From assembly GCA_020536535.1 (NCBI GenBank), contig JAHLWZ010000800.1, forward strand, positions 62,001 to 126,000: a stretch of DNA of 64,000 bases, read 5' to 3'. Of the stretch, positions 10,970 to 21,908 are shown piece after piece (the first letter of the stretch is position 1; the number at the start of each line of letters is the position of its first letter). This stretch comes from Pelomyxa schiedti. Lineage: Eukaryota; Protista; Evosea. The translations under genes and the position numbers were made by a program. Under the pieces are notes generated by a model, which had not been told where the DNA came from, searched no databases, and worked only from the letters and a program-made list of their open reading frames with translations.

Positions 10970-13068
10970 ATGGCGTTTGTTGTGGTACATGCGCTGTGCC
11001 GTTTCCCGGATGTTGTTTCACGAGAATGGCTATCGGCGGATTCATTCGCCGTTGGGGATGATGGGAGGTTTTTGGCCGTTGGAACCGAAGCCAAGGTCAG
11101 AGCCGCGTGCCCTGGTGCGTCACTCCTCCCACAATCCTACAATTTAGACTTCGAAGCAATGTCACCAAGCTGCGATTTGTTTCCCGTGCAGGAATCACCA
11201 AGGTCGTCGATGCCGGTGGGTTACACGTGATTCCCGGGTTCTTTGACTCTCACCTCCACCTGGTCGACCTTGGGACTTCACTTTTTCTCAGTGTCGATCT
11301 GGCGGGCTGCAGTTGCATCGCTGAGGCATGTCGTCGTGTGGCTGATTGGGCAACTACCAACCGCCCCAGGCGAGGAAGTCCCGGCCGAGAATGGATTGTG
11401 GGAGGCGGCTGGGACCACAACCATTGGCCTAATGGCGAATTCCCCACTGCGAGGGATTTGGACCAATTCCCGGAACTGGCACAGTTCAATGTGGGGCTTG
11501 CTTGTTTTTTCCCTCTCTTGATTTAAAACACTCTATCTGGATTACATAGGGAAGGAAATTGACTACACTTTACTACCCTGACTCCTTTGTTTTCCCTCTT
11601 TTTCTCAACCTTTTTATCTCAGATTGTATTGTTTCGAGTTGATATACATGCTGTATGGTGCAACAGTACAGCACTAAGACAGATAGAGCCCATTCCTACA
11701 GTAGATACTCCAGGAGGGAAAGTTGTCAGATACCCTGATGGAACCCCCACTGGTACTCTAACTTTACACCGCTTATATAAATTGATTGTTCACGACTAGG
11801 TATTCTTATTGATCATGCTCAAGGGCCTCTGGTAGCAAGTATCGTCCTTTAATATTTACACAAGAATAACATTTCTCATCAGAAATCCCTCAGCTCACAT
11901 TCGAGGAGAGATGCCTCTCTCTCAAAGCTGCATTTTCTGAGTGCAACAAGTTTGGTGTTGTTGGGGCTCATGATGCCTATGTAGACCAAGACACTTTAAC
12001 TGCTCTCAAGCATGTCCTTACCTCCCCAGACCTGACGAATAAGTTGCGTGTCTATTCTATGCTGGCAGTGAATGAATACAAGGCTCCTCCACCACTCGAA
12101 CCCTCGTTTGTAGAAAATCTTGATTCTGTTTTATTAAAAGTTCATAGAACTGAATTGTTGACAGTAAGAGCCTGCAAGATTTTATCTGATGGAGCTTTGG
12201 GAAGTCGAGGAGCAGCATTGTTTAAACCATACTCTGATGACCCAAAGAACACAGGGTTATTGTTATACCCAGATAATAGGGACCTCACTTCAGTTGTGAG
12301 GAAGTGGATACAGGCTGGATACCAAGTATTCTTGTTTTTCCTCTGTAAAAAGAGAACAATTTTAATACATATCCACAGGTTTGCACACATGCTATTGGTG
12401 ATCTAGCCAATCACAATGTCCTTGATGCTTACACAGCTGCTACAACCCCAGCCGCAACCACATCCGCATCGGGGGTAGACCACTCCTCCCCTCTTCAAAA
12501 TCCAATGGCATGTCAGAACTTGCGGCTCCGAATCGAGCATTCCCAAATTGTCACAGACGCAGACCTGCCACGCTTTTCCTCCCTCAACCTAATCGCGTCA
12601 ATGCAGCCAACGCACTGCACAAGCGACATGGGCTGGGTTACTTCCCGCGTGGGCCCAGAAAGAGAGCACGAATGCTACCGCTGGAACGACTTCCACAAGA
12701 GCGGAGTTCGCCTGTGCTTCGGCTCCGACTCCCCGGTCGAAATACCCGATCCCCTGGCCGGAATTGTATCAGCCACATCCAGGTGCCGGTGGAAGCAAGG
12801 CCAAAGCCAGCCGGTCCTCGGCCCTTGGCATTCTGACCAGTGCGTGAGCAGAACCACGGCACTAAATGCTTATACCATTGATGCGGCCTACGCCTCCTTC
12901 TTGGAGCAACAGTGCGGCACAATGCACCCTGGGTTCTGGGCTGACTTTGTGGTTTTGTCTGGGGACCTGCTGGAGTGCCCTGTGGAAGAAATTGGCAACA
13001 AAGTCAGAGTCATTGGTACTTTTGTTGGTGGGCACCTTGTGTATGGAACACCATTTGGAATGCCATAA
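10970..13068 (+). CDS. Amidohydrolase_3 (YtcJ-like) hydrolase, copy 2, multi-exon
   Basis: VIPGFFDSHLH, WIVGGGWD, RVDIHAVWCNS, KILSDGALGSRGAAL, HAIGD, RIEHSQ, ASMQPTH, FGSDSP, GFWADFVVL. Confidence 0.93.
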
Positions 13069-13147
13069 TGTAGCTTGTTTGAGGAGGAAAACAAAAAGAA
13101 CTTCACTATGGATAATAAAAGTGCACAAAAGTATTTATTTTCAAAAA

Positions 13148-14650
13148 TTAGTGGCACCGCTTATGCTTTATCCATTGACAAGGTAGTTTGTCACAGTGGC
13201 TAGAACACCAGCGATGGTTACAACCACCCCAATTGTGATTCTCACATAGTGCTGTGGCATTCTTAGTAGCAGTGCGGCCCCAAGAAGGGTGCCCAAGAAT
13301 TGGAAAAACACAGAGCATGCCAGAGGAATCCAAAACGTAGAAAAGTCAATAAGCTTTAAACTGAGCAAGGATAAGTGGTTAAGTCAGGTGGAAGGCAAAG
13401 CATACCCCACTAAGGTAAGATCCAAGGATAACATTGTGGCACACATTAGGATGCATCCAGTGCCTGTCCCAGTTAGCAATTCCACACCCAGATTGGTTAC
13501 AATAACAACAGAAAACCAGGTTCCGCCTCCAAAGCCAACCATTCCTGCTATACCGCCAATGAAGAGAAGTTCCGCCCCAGTCACAGGAACATAAACAAAA
13601 GGACTTACGTTCTTGCCACACCATCTTACTGGTTTTTCCTTTTCCGTCTTCTGGTTCGTGAGAAGAGGAGTGTCCGTTGCTGCTTTTTTGTGGTGCCTAT
13701 GATGCTTATGGTGCTTCCGGTGTTTGTGTTTATGTTCGGACTGCTGGTCATCGGTTAGGCTTTCCTCATCATGGGGTGTCTCGTTTTCGGGTTTGTTTGC
13801 TGTTTCATCCTCGTTTTCAGCAGGGGGGTCCAGAGTTGAAGATGATGTTGTTGTGGTTGTTGCTATTATTGCTGCTGCTTGGTCTATTGTGCTATCCGAG
13901 GGTGTGATTGACGTTTCTTGGTGAATTTCACTCTCACCAGAAGACTCCCATGCACCTTTTGCATTTTCATCACCAAGGCTCTGCTCCTTGGATTCGCGTG
14001 GCACCTCTACCACCGCGGTTAGGTTGTCAGGGGAAGGAGAGTGATGGTCTGCGGTGATTTCTTTACCCTCAGCCACTGCCTCGGCCGCTGCTGCAGCAGC
14101 TTCGTGGTCAGGTTTACCTCTTCGGAGTAACTTCGCCTTCCACCGAGCAAAGGAGGCAGCACGCCTGGCAGCCCAATCTGCTCGCTTTACTTTGATAAGC
14201 TTCCATATTCCAGTTGTGAGGAAAATAGCTCCAAGAACAAATGAGACGTAGCCCACGCCGCCTTTAAACACATCTTCATGCTCAAGCAGTAAAGGGTGGA
14301 ACTGCCACATGGTTAATGCAGCCATTCCGCCTGCGCATAAACAGAAAATGCCCAAGTAAATCGGGTGTGGCCAGAGTTTTTTACGGTATCCATACAACAG
14401 TGCAAGAGTAAAAGAACTCGTGACATCCATACTTGCACTATGCACCTTAGCCCAATCGGGAAAAAAAATACAACGAGAAAGGAACACACCTGATAAATAA
14501 CGTTTCAAACAGAGGTATCCCAAAAGGGACAAACAACACAGGGACCATGAGGGTCCAAGCGGTGAACGAAATGCCGGCAGCACCGACGCCGGTTACAATA
14601 GCCAGTGGCATGATAATAAGCACATCCCATAGGGTGAATTCAATTGCCAT
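13148..14650 (-). CDS. TauE/SafE family sulfite/sulfonate exporter with a long hydrophilic central loop
   Basis: Two Gly-rich hydrophobic halves (AIVTGVGAAGISFTAWTLMVPVL; GGIAGMVGFGGGTWFSVVI...TGTG) separated by an acidic, His/Lys-rich loop. Confidence 0.75.
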
Positions 14651-15183
14651 TGGCAGATCTCAGAGCTCTTTCGTTGGTGGTCGTACAAACGACAATAATT
14701 GCAGTAAATACGACAGAACGCAAGACTCAGCACGAAGAAGAAAAAAAAGCTAGATCTACGGCAGCACGTGTTTGCCCTTAACTGTGCGGAACTCCGCCTC
14801 GGTCGGCCAATGCTCCCTTTTTTGTTGCTTTATCCTTTTTTCGGTACGATCTCTTCTCTCGCGTTGTTATTTTTTGGTTCGTTTTAGCTAGGGCCATCTC
14901 GCAAAAATGCCAATTTGTATATTTCGAGATGTCCCCAGTGTTGTCAAATGTCAGTTCCGGGCAATTCCGCTCGTCCTCTTTGTGTGACACCACTTTCCTC
15001 ATTCATAAGATCTGATCCCAGACTCCCAAGTAGCATTGCAGTGCTGCCTGAGGATGCTTGTTCTTCGAGTTGTCTCTTTGGGAGTTGTCTCTGAGCTTGA
15101 TGTTCGTTTGATATCAGTTCTGGGAAGCATCAACATCACGTGAACTTCTGAACTTCAAAAAAATACCACAAACTGCAACGAGG

Positions 15184-18066
15184 ATGCGGTCGACTCTTTG
15201 TGGCTCAGAATCTATTTCCAGTTCCCCTACACCGTCATCGTCTACGACTGCAACTGCAACTAAGACGCCCACTGAATTGGAGAATCAGTTGTTCTCCTTG
15301 GCGAATCTCATTTTGTGCTCTCTTCCTGTGAGTGAGACACCCGTGTCCCACTATCATTTTAGAATCCATCAATCATAGATTTACTTTTATGAATGAATGT
15401 AGGTTAGAACCACATCACCAATACAAACAGGACGTGCTGTTGTCAAACCTTGGTATATAGTTGTCAACGTGTCTAATAACTTAATACAAGGCATCATTCC
15501 TCATAACCTATCACCCTCCCATTAATTTTTGTGTATCTTTTTCACAATTGTTTTAGTAAGTGATGTAGCTTTTCACCTTATCGCTTATGGTGTTCTTTTA
15601 GTGTGACAAGTACTTCCACACAAGTGGTACAGTTGACACCTCCTTTCCCAACATCTGGGCCAATACCCACAGCCGTTATTTGGGTGGTACCATCAGCGGG
15701 AAGCGGGATTCCATATCGCCTTCCTCCCGCCAGGTTTTCAGTGACCCACTCGTCCATAACCTTCACACTGAATACGGTCCACATTCGGTTCCTTTTTTCT
15801 GGGCTAAATTAATTTCTACAGGATAGCTCCGGGATCTTATATTGGCTCGTTTTTTCCAAACCATTATGCCGAAGTGAGTTAGATGTGATGGTGAGCAAAG
15901 TGATGTCATCGCCACCAACAGATGCTGCCACAAAATCAATCACTTCAACGCCTTTAGTTCAAGAAATGGTGAGAACAAATTCCATCAATGATATGGATAC
16001 AAGTGGACAGACGTTGCTACATGCAGCAAGGTCATTCCCTTTCAAGATGTGAGGATATTTAAAAAACCCAGTAATTCAGGGAACACTTACTTAATTAAAT
16101 GGCTTTTGTCACATGGAGCCAATGTGAATGCAGTTGACAACCACGGTGGTACACCACTACTTGTGGCTTCATCAAGCGGGCAACTTGAAGTACGTTCCAC
16201 TCTTTGCAGATTGGGCTTTATTGAAACTGTTAGTCGGTTTTATTGCTGCTGAAAGCAGGAGCGGAACCAACAGCGCATACTGACAGTGGAACGAATACAC
16301 TCTTTTATCTGTGCAGGATGAAAACTGTTGAAGACCAGCCGCTGTATAATAATATTTTCGACTTACTTGTGAGAGGAAGAGAAACGTTTGCAGCAGAAAC
16401 CAATTTCATTGGCATGAAACTACATTAATGCAGAAGATATCACCAACAAAATGCAGGTGCTTCACCATTAACGACTGCTCTCACAGCAAGAAACCAACTT
16501 GCCACCACAAATTTACTGTCACTTGGCCCTGTCATTGATTCCCTTAATACAATATCTATTTGTGGCTCCTCCATCCTTCTTCATGCACTGCAGTCACGGG
16601 CCGACCCAGACATTATAAGAAAACTCATCCAGTGTGGGGCAGACCCAAATGTAAAACCTTTCTCAGGATAAGAGAAACCTTGACTTTTGCAGGTACAAAC
16701 CACGGAAGGTGCTACTGCTGTGGATGTTGCTTCTGAACTCCATTATCCAACAGCCATCATTGAACTTCTTGCCACTGTATTTTGCAACTACCCACTAAAG
16801 GTTCACTAATACATTTCCAAAGCATATCTTAAATATTCCCGTGGAATTGGTTGTTCAAATCCTTTTTTCACTGCCCCCAGAAGACTTATTCCGAATTCGG
16901 CGGGTCTGTAAAAGTTTGCTGAAACTATCTAGATCGATTCTGGCCAATGATGACTACTGGAAAATACAGTGCACCACGAAGGTATTCAATACTATTATAT
17001 TATTGTTTACTCGGTCCAGGAGAAATTTCTCGCCTCAAGGGCCTTTGAATACAAGCACATTTTATTATACAAAGAGTTGGAAGTGTTAAAGCGCTTGCCT
17101 CTTAAACCATTCGAAACACCGAATGCAGAATATCATAAGCTGTTAAAGGTCTGCTATTCTCGCCTTCAAGAGTTGCAGATACTGACTCTTCCAACGTCAG
17201 ATTCTTGTAATTGGTGACACTGGTGTTGGAAAAACCTCTCTTGTCACACGGTACTCAAATTTGGGCTTGAAAAAAGTCTCTTATAACACTGAAGATGGGG
17301 AGAGGGTTCATCTGAGAGCGCACCCATCATTCCCCTCGATTTCAAATTGAGGTTTTTTCCTTTTTCATCCCATTTTATCAGCCCAACAAATACTTAGCTC
17401 TTTAGGTCTATGCAAATTTGTGGAAAAGTATTTTTTTTTTTTTTTTGTTTTTATTTTAACGTTAACTTTAAGATAGCCAAAGCCCAGATTTGGGATATTC
17501 CAACTCCACAAAGGTCAACAAGTTTGCTTTGTCCATCTATGAAACAATCCCGCACATAGGTTCCGCACACAAAGACCGCCATACCGCGGCTGCCATGCCA
17601 TTATAATTGTATTTGACATTACCAATCCAACTAGTTTACGCAATGCCAAACTGTGGCTCCAAGTTGACACCCCACAATCAATTCACCACCTAACAGTTCT
17701 CCAATTAGGAGGTCGACAGATATGCGAGTGAAACGGTTACGATAATGTTTCTTGGCAACAAGTCTGACCTAGCCCCAGTTGTCACACCTCAAGATGTATG
17801 TGTTACTTCCCTTTTCTTCTGTACAACTGACAGTACAAAAAAACAAAAAAAAAAAGATACAAACCCATCTGGGGGACTACCTTGATGACAGCAATAGTCC
17901 CTTTGGGACCAGAGAGGTCTTTACAACCAGCGCCAAAGAAGCCACCAATGTGGATCTGGTTCTGTACAGGCTTGTTCAAACACTGCTCATAAAACTTGAA
18001 CCAACCATACGCGTAATTCCCATCAGCAAACCCCCCAAAGACGAGAAGAATTGTTCGCTCATGTGA
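15184..18066 (+). CDS. Ankyrin repeat - F-box - Rab1-like GTPase-fold fusion with C-terminal CaaX (CSLM), multi-exon
   Basis: Ankyrins GQTLLHAA, LLSHGANVNAVDNHGGTPLLVA, GADPNV; F-box PVELVVQILFSLPPEDLFRIRRVCK; GTPase ILVIGDTGVGKTSL, AQIWDIP, VFDIT, EVDRYASE, GNKSDL, TSAKEATNV; ends KNCSLM-stop. Confidence 0.85.
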
Positions 18067-18197
18067 ACCAAAGTAGTTGTCAAAACTTGTTGCAACGCAC
18101 AAGTTCGTCAAGCCTTCTTCCTTACAACGAGAAAAAGAAAAAGACACAAAACCGAAAAAACCAAAGTTGCAGCTTCAACAACAACAAGTAAAACTAG

Positions 18198-18623
18198 ATG
18201 CATACCCACACAAGACAAGAGACCCGCTTCCTGACTGGAGGAATGGTTGTTCTCCGCACTCTGCCCAATGGGCCCACTGGTGACCTGGAGGTAGACATCT
18301 CGGCATTTTGCCCGGCTCTGGGCACGGGAGAGTCCTTCTTCTCGGCCAACCTGAACTGTGTTCTCCATGGGGGTCCCACTTCCAGCACCACCTACGTTTC
18401 CAGCTGCTTTGAATTCAGAACCGCCCCTTTGGGTCCGGTGACTGAGGAGGCCAGGCTGAGCATAGCTTACTCTGCACAGTTTGCTTGCGGGGGAGCGCAG
18501 CACCTCACCATTCCTGTCACTCCCGCTGGCAGATTCTTTGTTAAGAAGGTGGATCAGATACAGTCCTCGAGTGGTTCCACCATACGCCTGTCCGCCTACA
18601 CCGTGCTGGTACCGTGTCTCTGA
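18198..18623 (+). CDS. Intronless hypothetical protein, 141 aa, predicted all-beta
   Basis: ATG-to-TGA ORF with ordinary globular composition filling the gap between two genes; no family recognised. Confidence 0.45.
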   Translation: MHTHTRQETRFLTGGMVVLRTLPNGPTGDLEVDISAFCPALGTGESFFSANLNCVLHGGPTSSTTYVSSCFEFRTAPLGPVTEEARLSIAYSAQFACGGAQHLTIPVTPAGRFFVKKVDQIQSSSGSTIRLSAYTVLVPCL

Positions 18624-18736
18624 GTAATAGGAATCATTGTTGTAACAAGTGGCTGGGCTTTTTTCTTTCTTTTTTTAAATTGTTTAAAAGTGCTTTTGTA
18701 CATGAGGTGCCAAAATTTTTTGATAGGGTTGTAGTA

Positions 18737-21071
18737 TTAGGGGAGTTGGGGTGTGGTACCTGCTGTGGCTTTACAAGTCACATCTGTGGGTGTGTCATGT
18801 GTTGGAGGAGGTGAAGTACATGGTGGGGTTGGCGATGGAGTTTTACTGATCCTCTCAGGTGTTGGTGATGGTGGGGGGGTGTGTGAATGTAGTGTGATGA
18901 AGCTTCCCTCCGAACTTGTTGCTGTGGTGGCAGTGGTATTCGGTGTTGGTGATTGTGGCGGTGGTGAGGTTGACGGTGAGGGAGGGAGTGAGGAGAAGGG
19001 TGCGGAGAGTGAAATCGAGGTGCTGGGTGAGCGGGGTGACAATCGGGGGCTTGGGGTGGAGTCGTGTGTTTTGGCACCAAAGAACAGCGATGCGTGTATG
19101 TCGTCTCGGGTACTGGCAGATATGTTGATCTCCTGGGTCGATTTTAGTGAAACTTTAATGCCACAACAAGTCTCTAGCACACATTTTTTGCCTCCTCGTC
19201 GATATATAGAAAATACAGCCGTATAACTTCCATTTTCAATGCTATCTAAGCAACCCCATTAGTCTGTTGATAGATGAAAAAAAAAAAAAAATACTGGATC
19301 AGACTGCAGTTTGCTAAGCGCTTTCACTGCAAGTATAAACGCCAGGTCTATTTTGATTGTTGTTCTTGTGGTTATTGTAAAGAAACACGATTACTTTCAG
19401 CAGCATATTCGGCCTCAAGCCACTGTTGAAATGACGCCAACAGTACGGGAGACTTCAGCAGCAACGGTAAACCTATGAGGGGCAGAACAGTAATAGTCAA
19501 TACATGGCAGCACTTTACCTGTGACCTTTTGATTTTTTAGGTGTGCCCACTTAGGAAGCAAGTCACTCTCAATAAGGTAAGTCGTTTCAGTCACTGCTTT
19601 ATCAAAGACATGTTCGGAGATTATTTTGTGGTCTGTAGAAGAGCTAGAAAGGGATGCTTTCTTTTCCAATATTCAATACTGGTGGAGGGTTGATTGACTT
19701 ACAATTATTTTGCTTGTGGATGTTCCGAAATCTACGTTTTGAATGCAGGATGCACTGTCAGAAGCCCCTAAAGGATGTATGTCATGATCCAACTTTACAT
19801 GGAATAGCACACTTCTCTTCTTCAAAAATCCAGAACTGGCTATTCGTCGTAGGGTACCAAGTTTTGACTGTGATGTGGGCTGGGAAGGAACTTCTTGTCT
19901 AGATTTCAAGTCTCGTTCTTGCCAAGCAATAAAGGATTGCCGTACGCCATTTGCATCATCCCCAGGAGCTTTGCAACTAGTTTGTGAGTCTGGGATTTGT
20001 AATGGCAAATCACCTGGTTGAATTTTTGGAGATGATGGTGGTGTCCTTTCTGGTGTGTGATGTCCTGATGGTGTGGTGGCGGCTGAGTCTGTGGAAACCG
20101 GAACTTCGGGGCTTTCGCTTCCAGTTTTTGATTGCTGCACCTATCTTAAAACCAAGATTGATATAAGCACATTGAGGATACCATGATGTCCTTTTTATGC
20201 CAAAACGCAAAGGCACTTGACACTTTTTCCTCTTGGGTATGGCTAGTGAGTCCCATCAATGATGTTCCTATAACACTGTGTGTCCTCGCGTGGCGGCTCT
20301 TTGGTATTGAAACATCAATACACCAATCATCAGCTGATGTGGCTGCTGCTGTTACAATGTCACATTCACTCGAGGGGATATTGCTGCCACTTAAACCAGT
20401 ATCGGTTACCACTATCACAGGGTGGGAAGCTTTCACTATGCCGGAATGTGAATGTTGCGAGAGGGAGAACTCACGAGCATAATGTGAAGGTGGAGGTGAA
20501 GTTGCAGGGGAGGTGATTCCATCCAATGGTGGAGGTGCAGACGTTCCCCTCGCAGAGCGTGGGGGAGACTTGCTGTGTGTATGGGTGTGAGAATGCCGAG
20601 AACGTGGTGTGTGAAGTGAAGTCCCTCTGTGAGATGTTTTTTAATGGTAAGTCAATAATGAGGAAAAGGTAACCCTAACCCTTCTTCCTTATCAATACTA
20701 TGTTATTTGGCTTGTGTTTGGGGAAAAAACAAAAAAAAAAAAAAGGAGAAAAGGCACACTTGCATGCACTCTCTGGTGTTAAGTGCAAGTGGGGCCGCGA
20801 ATGTAAATGATGGGAAGAGACAACAGGAGACAGCGGGCCTCCAGTGGGTTTGCTGGAGTGTAAGATTTAAGTTGGATTGGTGCTCAGTAGCCTAGCCCCA
20901 AGAAAAACAAAAAAAAAAAACCACAACAAGTTGGGTGTGTTTTGTTGGGACACGGGTGTCCCAATACGGACTGGCCAAACACAAGAACTACCTCGGGACG
21001 GGGTCTCCTTCAGAAAGTCTGAAGGGGGAGGCTGATCTGCTCAGCTGTCGTTCGTTTTCGTCGTCAGCCAT
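18737..21071 (-). CDS. RGS-domain protein with long Ser/Pro-rich regions, multi-exon
   Basis: RGS-like segments HVFDKAVTETTYLIESDLLPKW, AEYAAE..LAFILAVKAL and QEINISASTRDDI; probable start MADDENERQ at 21071. Confidence 0.65.
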
Positions 21072-21258
21072 CGCAGAACCAACCTTTTGATTCCTCAGAT
21101 CGTTCGCAGAAAAAGAAGTGTCTGATAATTTCTCTGTGGAAGACTGACGATTCGAATCCACTTCGTCCAAATGGGTTCATGCTAGAATGGTGCCTCTGGG
21201 TTCCTTTCAGGGGTTCGCCGATCGCACCAAGTTACCTCAAAAATCAAAAAACCGACGA

Positions 21259-21859
21259 ATGGCCACCATTTATTTCTCCGAGCCTGAGGGGCAATACGCC
21301 TGCTTCTCTAATTTTTACGAGGTGGATTTCGTGCTTGACGGGAAATCATGGACTAGCACCGAGGTCAACAGCCGTTTTTTTTTGTTTCTTTCTGCTTTTA
21401 CCAACAAAACCCTAAGGCTTATTTTCAAGCGCATAAATTCACAACTCCAGAGTATCAAGAGCAGGTTAGTACAATGTACTGGCAGGTTTTTTTCTCAATT
21501 TTTCCCCAGATAAGGAGGTCAGACCCTGGCACCGCCAAAACACTGGGGTCACAAAGAAGACCAGATTACAGGAAGGACTGGGATGATGTGCGCAATGAAT
21601 ACATGAAAGGGGGAATACGTGCCAAGTTCCAGCAGCACCCTGATTTGGCCGCTATCCTTCTATCTACTGGTGATTCCCCAATAGCAGGTAGCCATTTATC
21701 TCTCTTATCCTTATGGCATTCAAACTTCACTAATTTTCATAATAATAATAAAAAGAACGTGCACCATATGATGCTTATTGGGGAGATGGACCTGATGGAA
21801 AGGGGAAAAACATGCTTGGGAAAATTTTGCAGGAACTAAGGACCGAACTGAGGGGATAA
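21259..21859 (+). CDS. NADAR (YbiA/DUF1768) family protein, multi-exon
   Basis: YACFSNFY, WTSTE-AYFQAHKF, RKDWDDVRNEYMKGGIRAKFQQHPDL, APYDAYWGDGPDGKGKNMLGKILQELR. Confidence 0.93.
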
Positions 21860-21908
21860 ATAGAATTCATTTTGAGTTTGCCAAAAAAGTGGATTCTTGA
21901 TTTTGACC

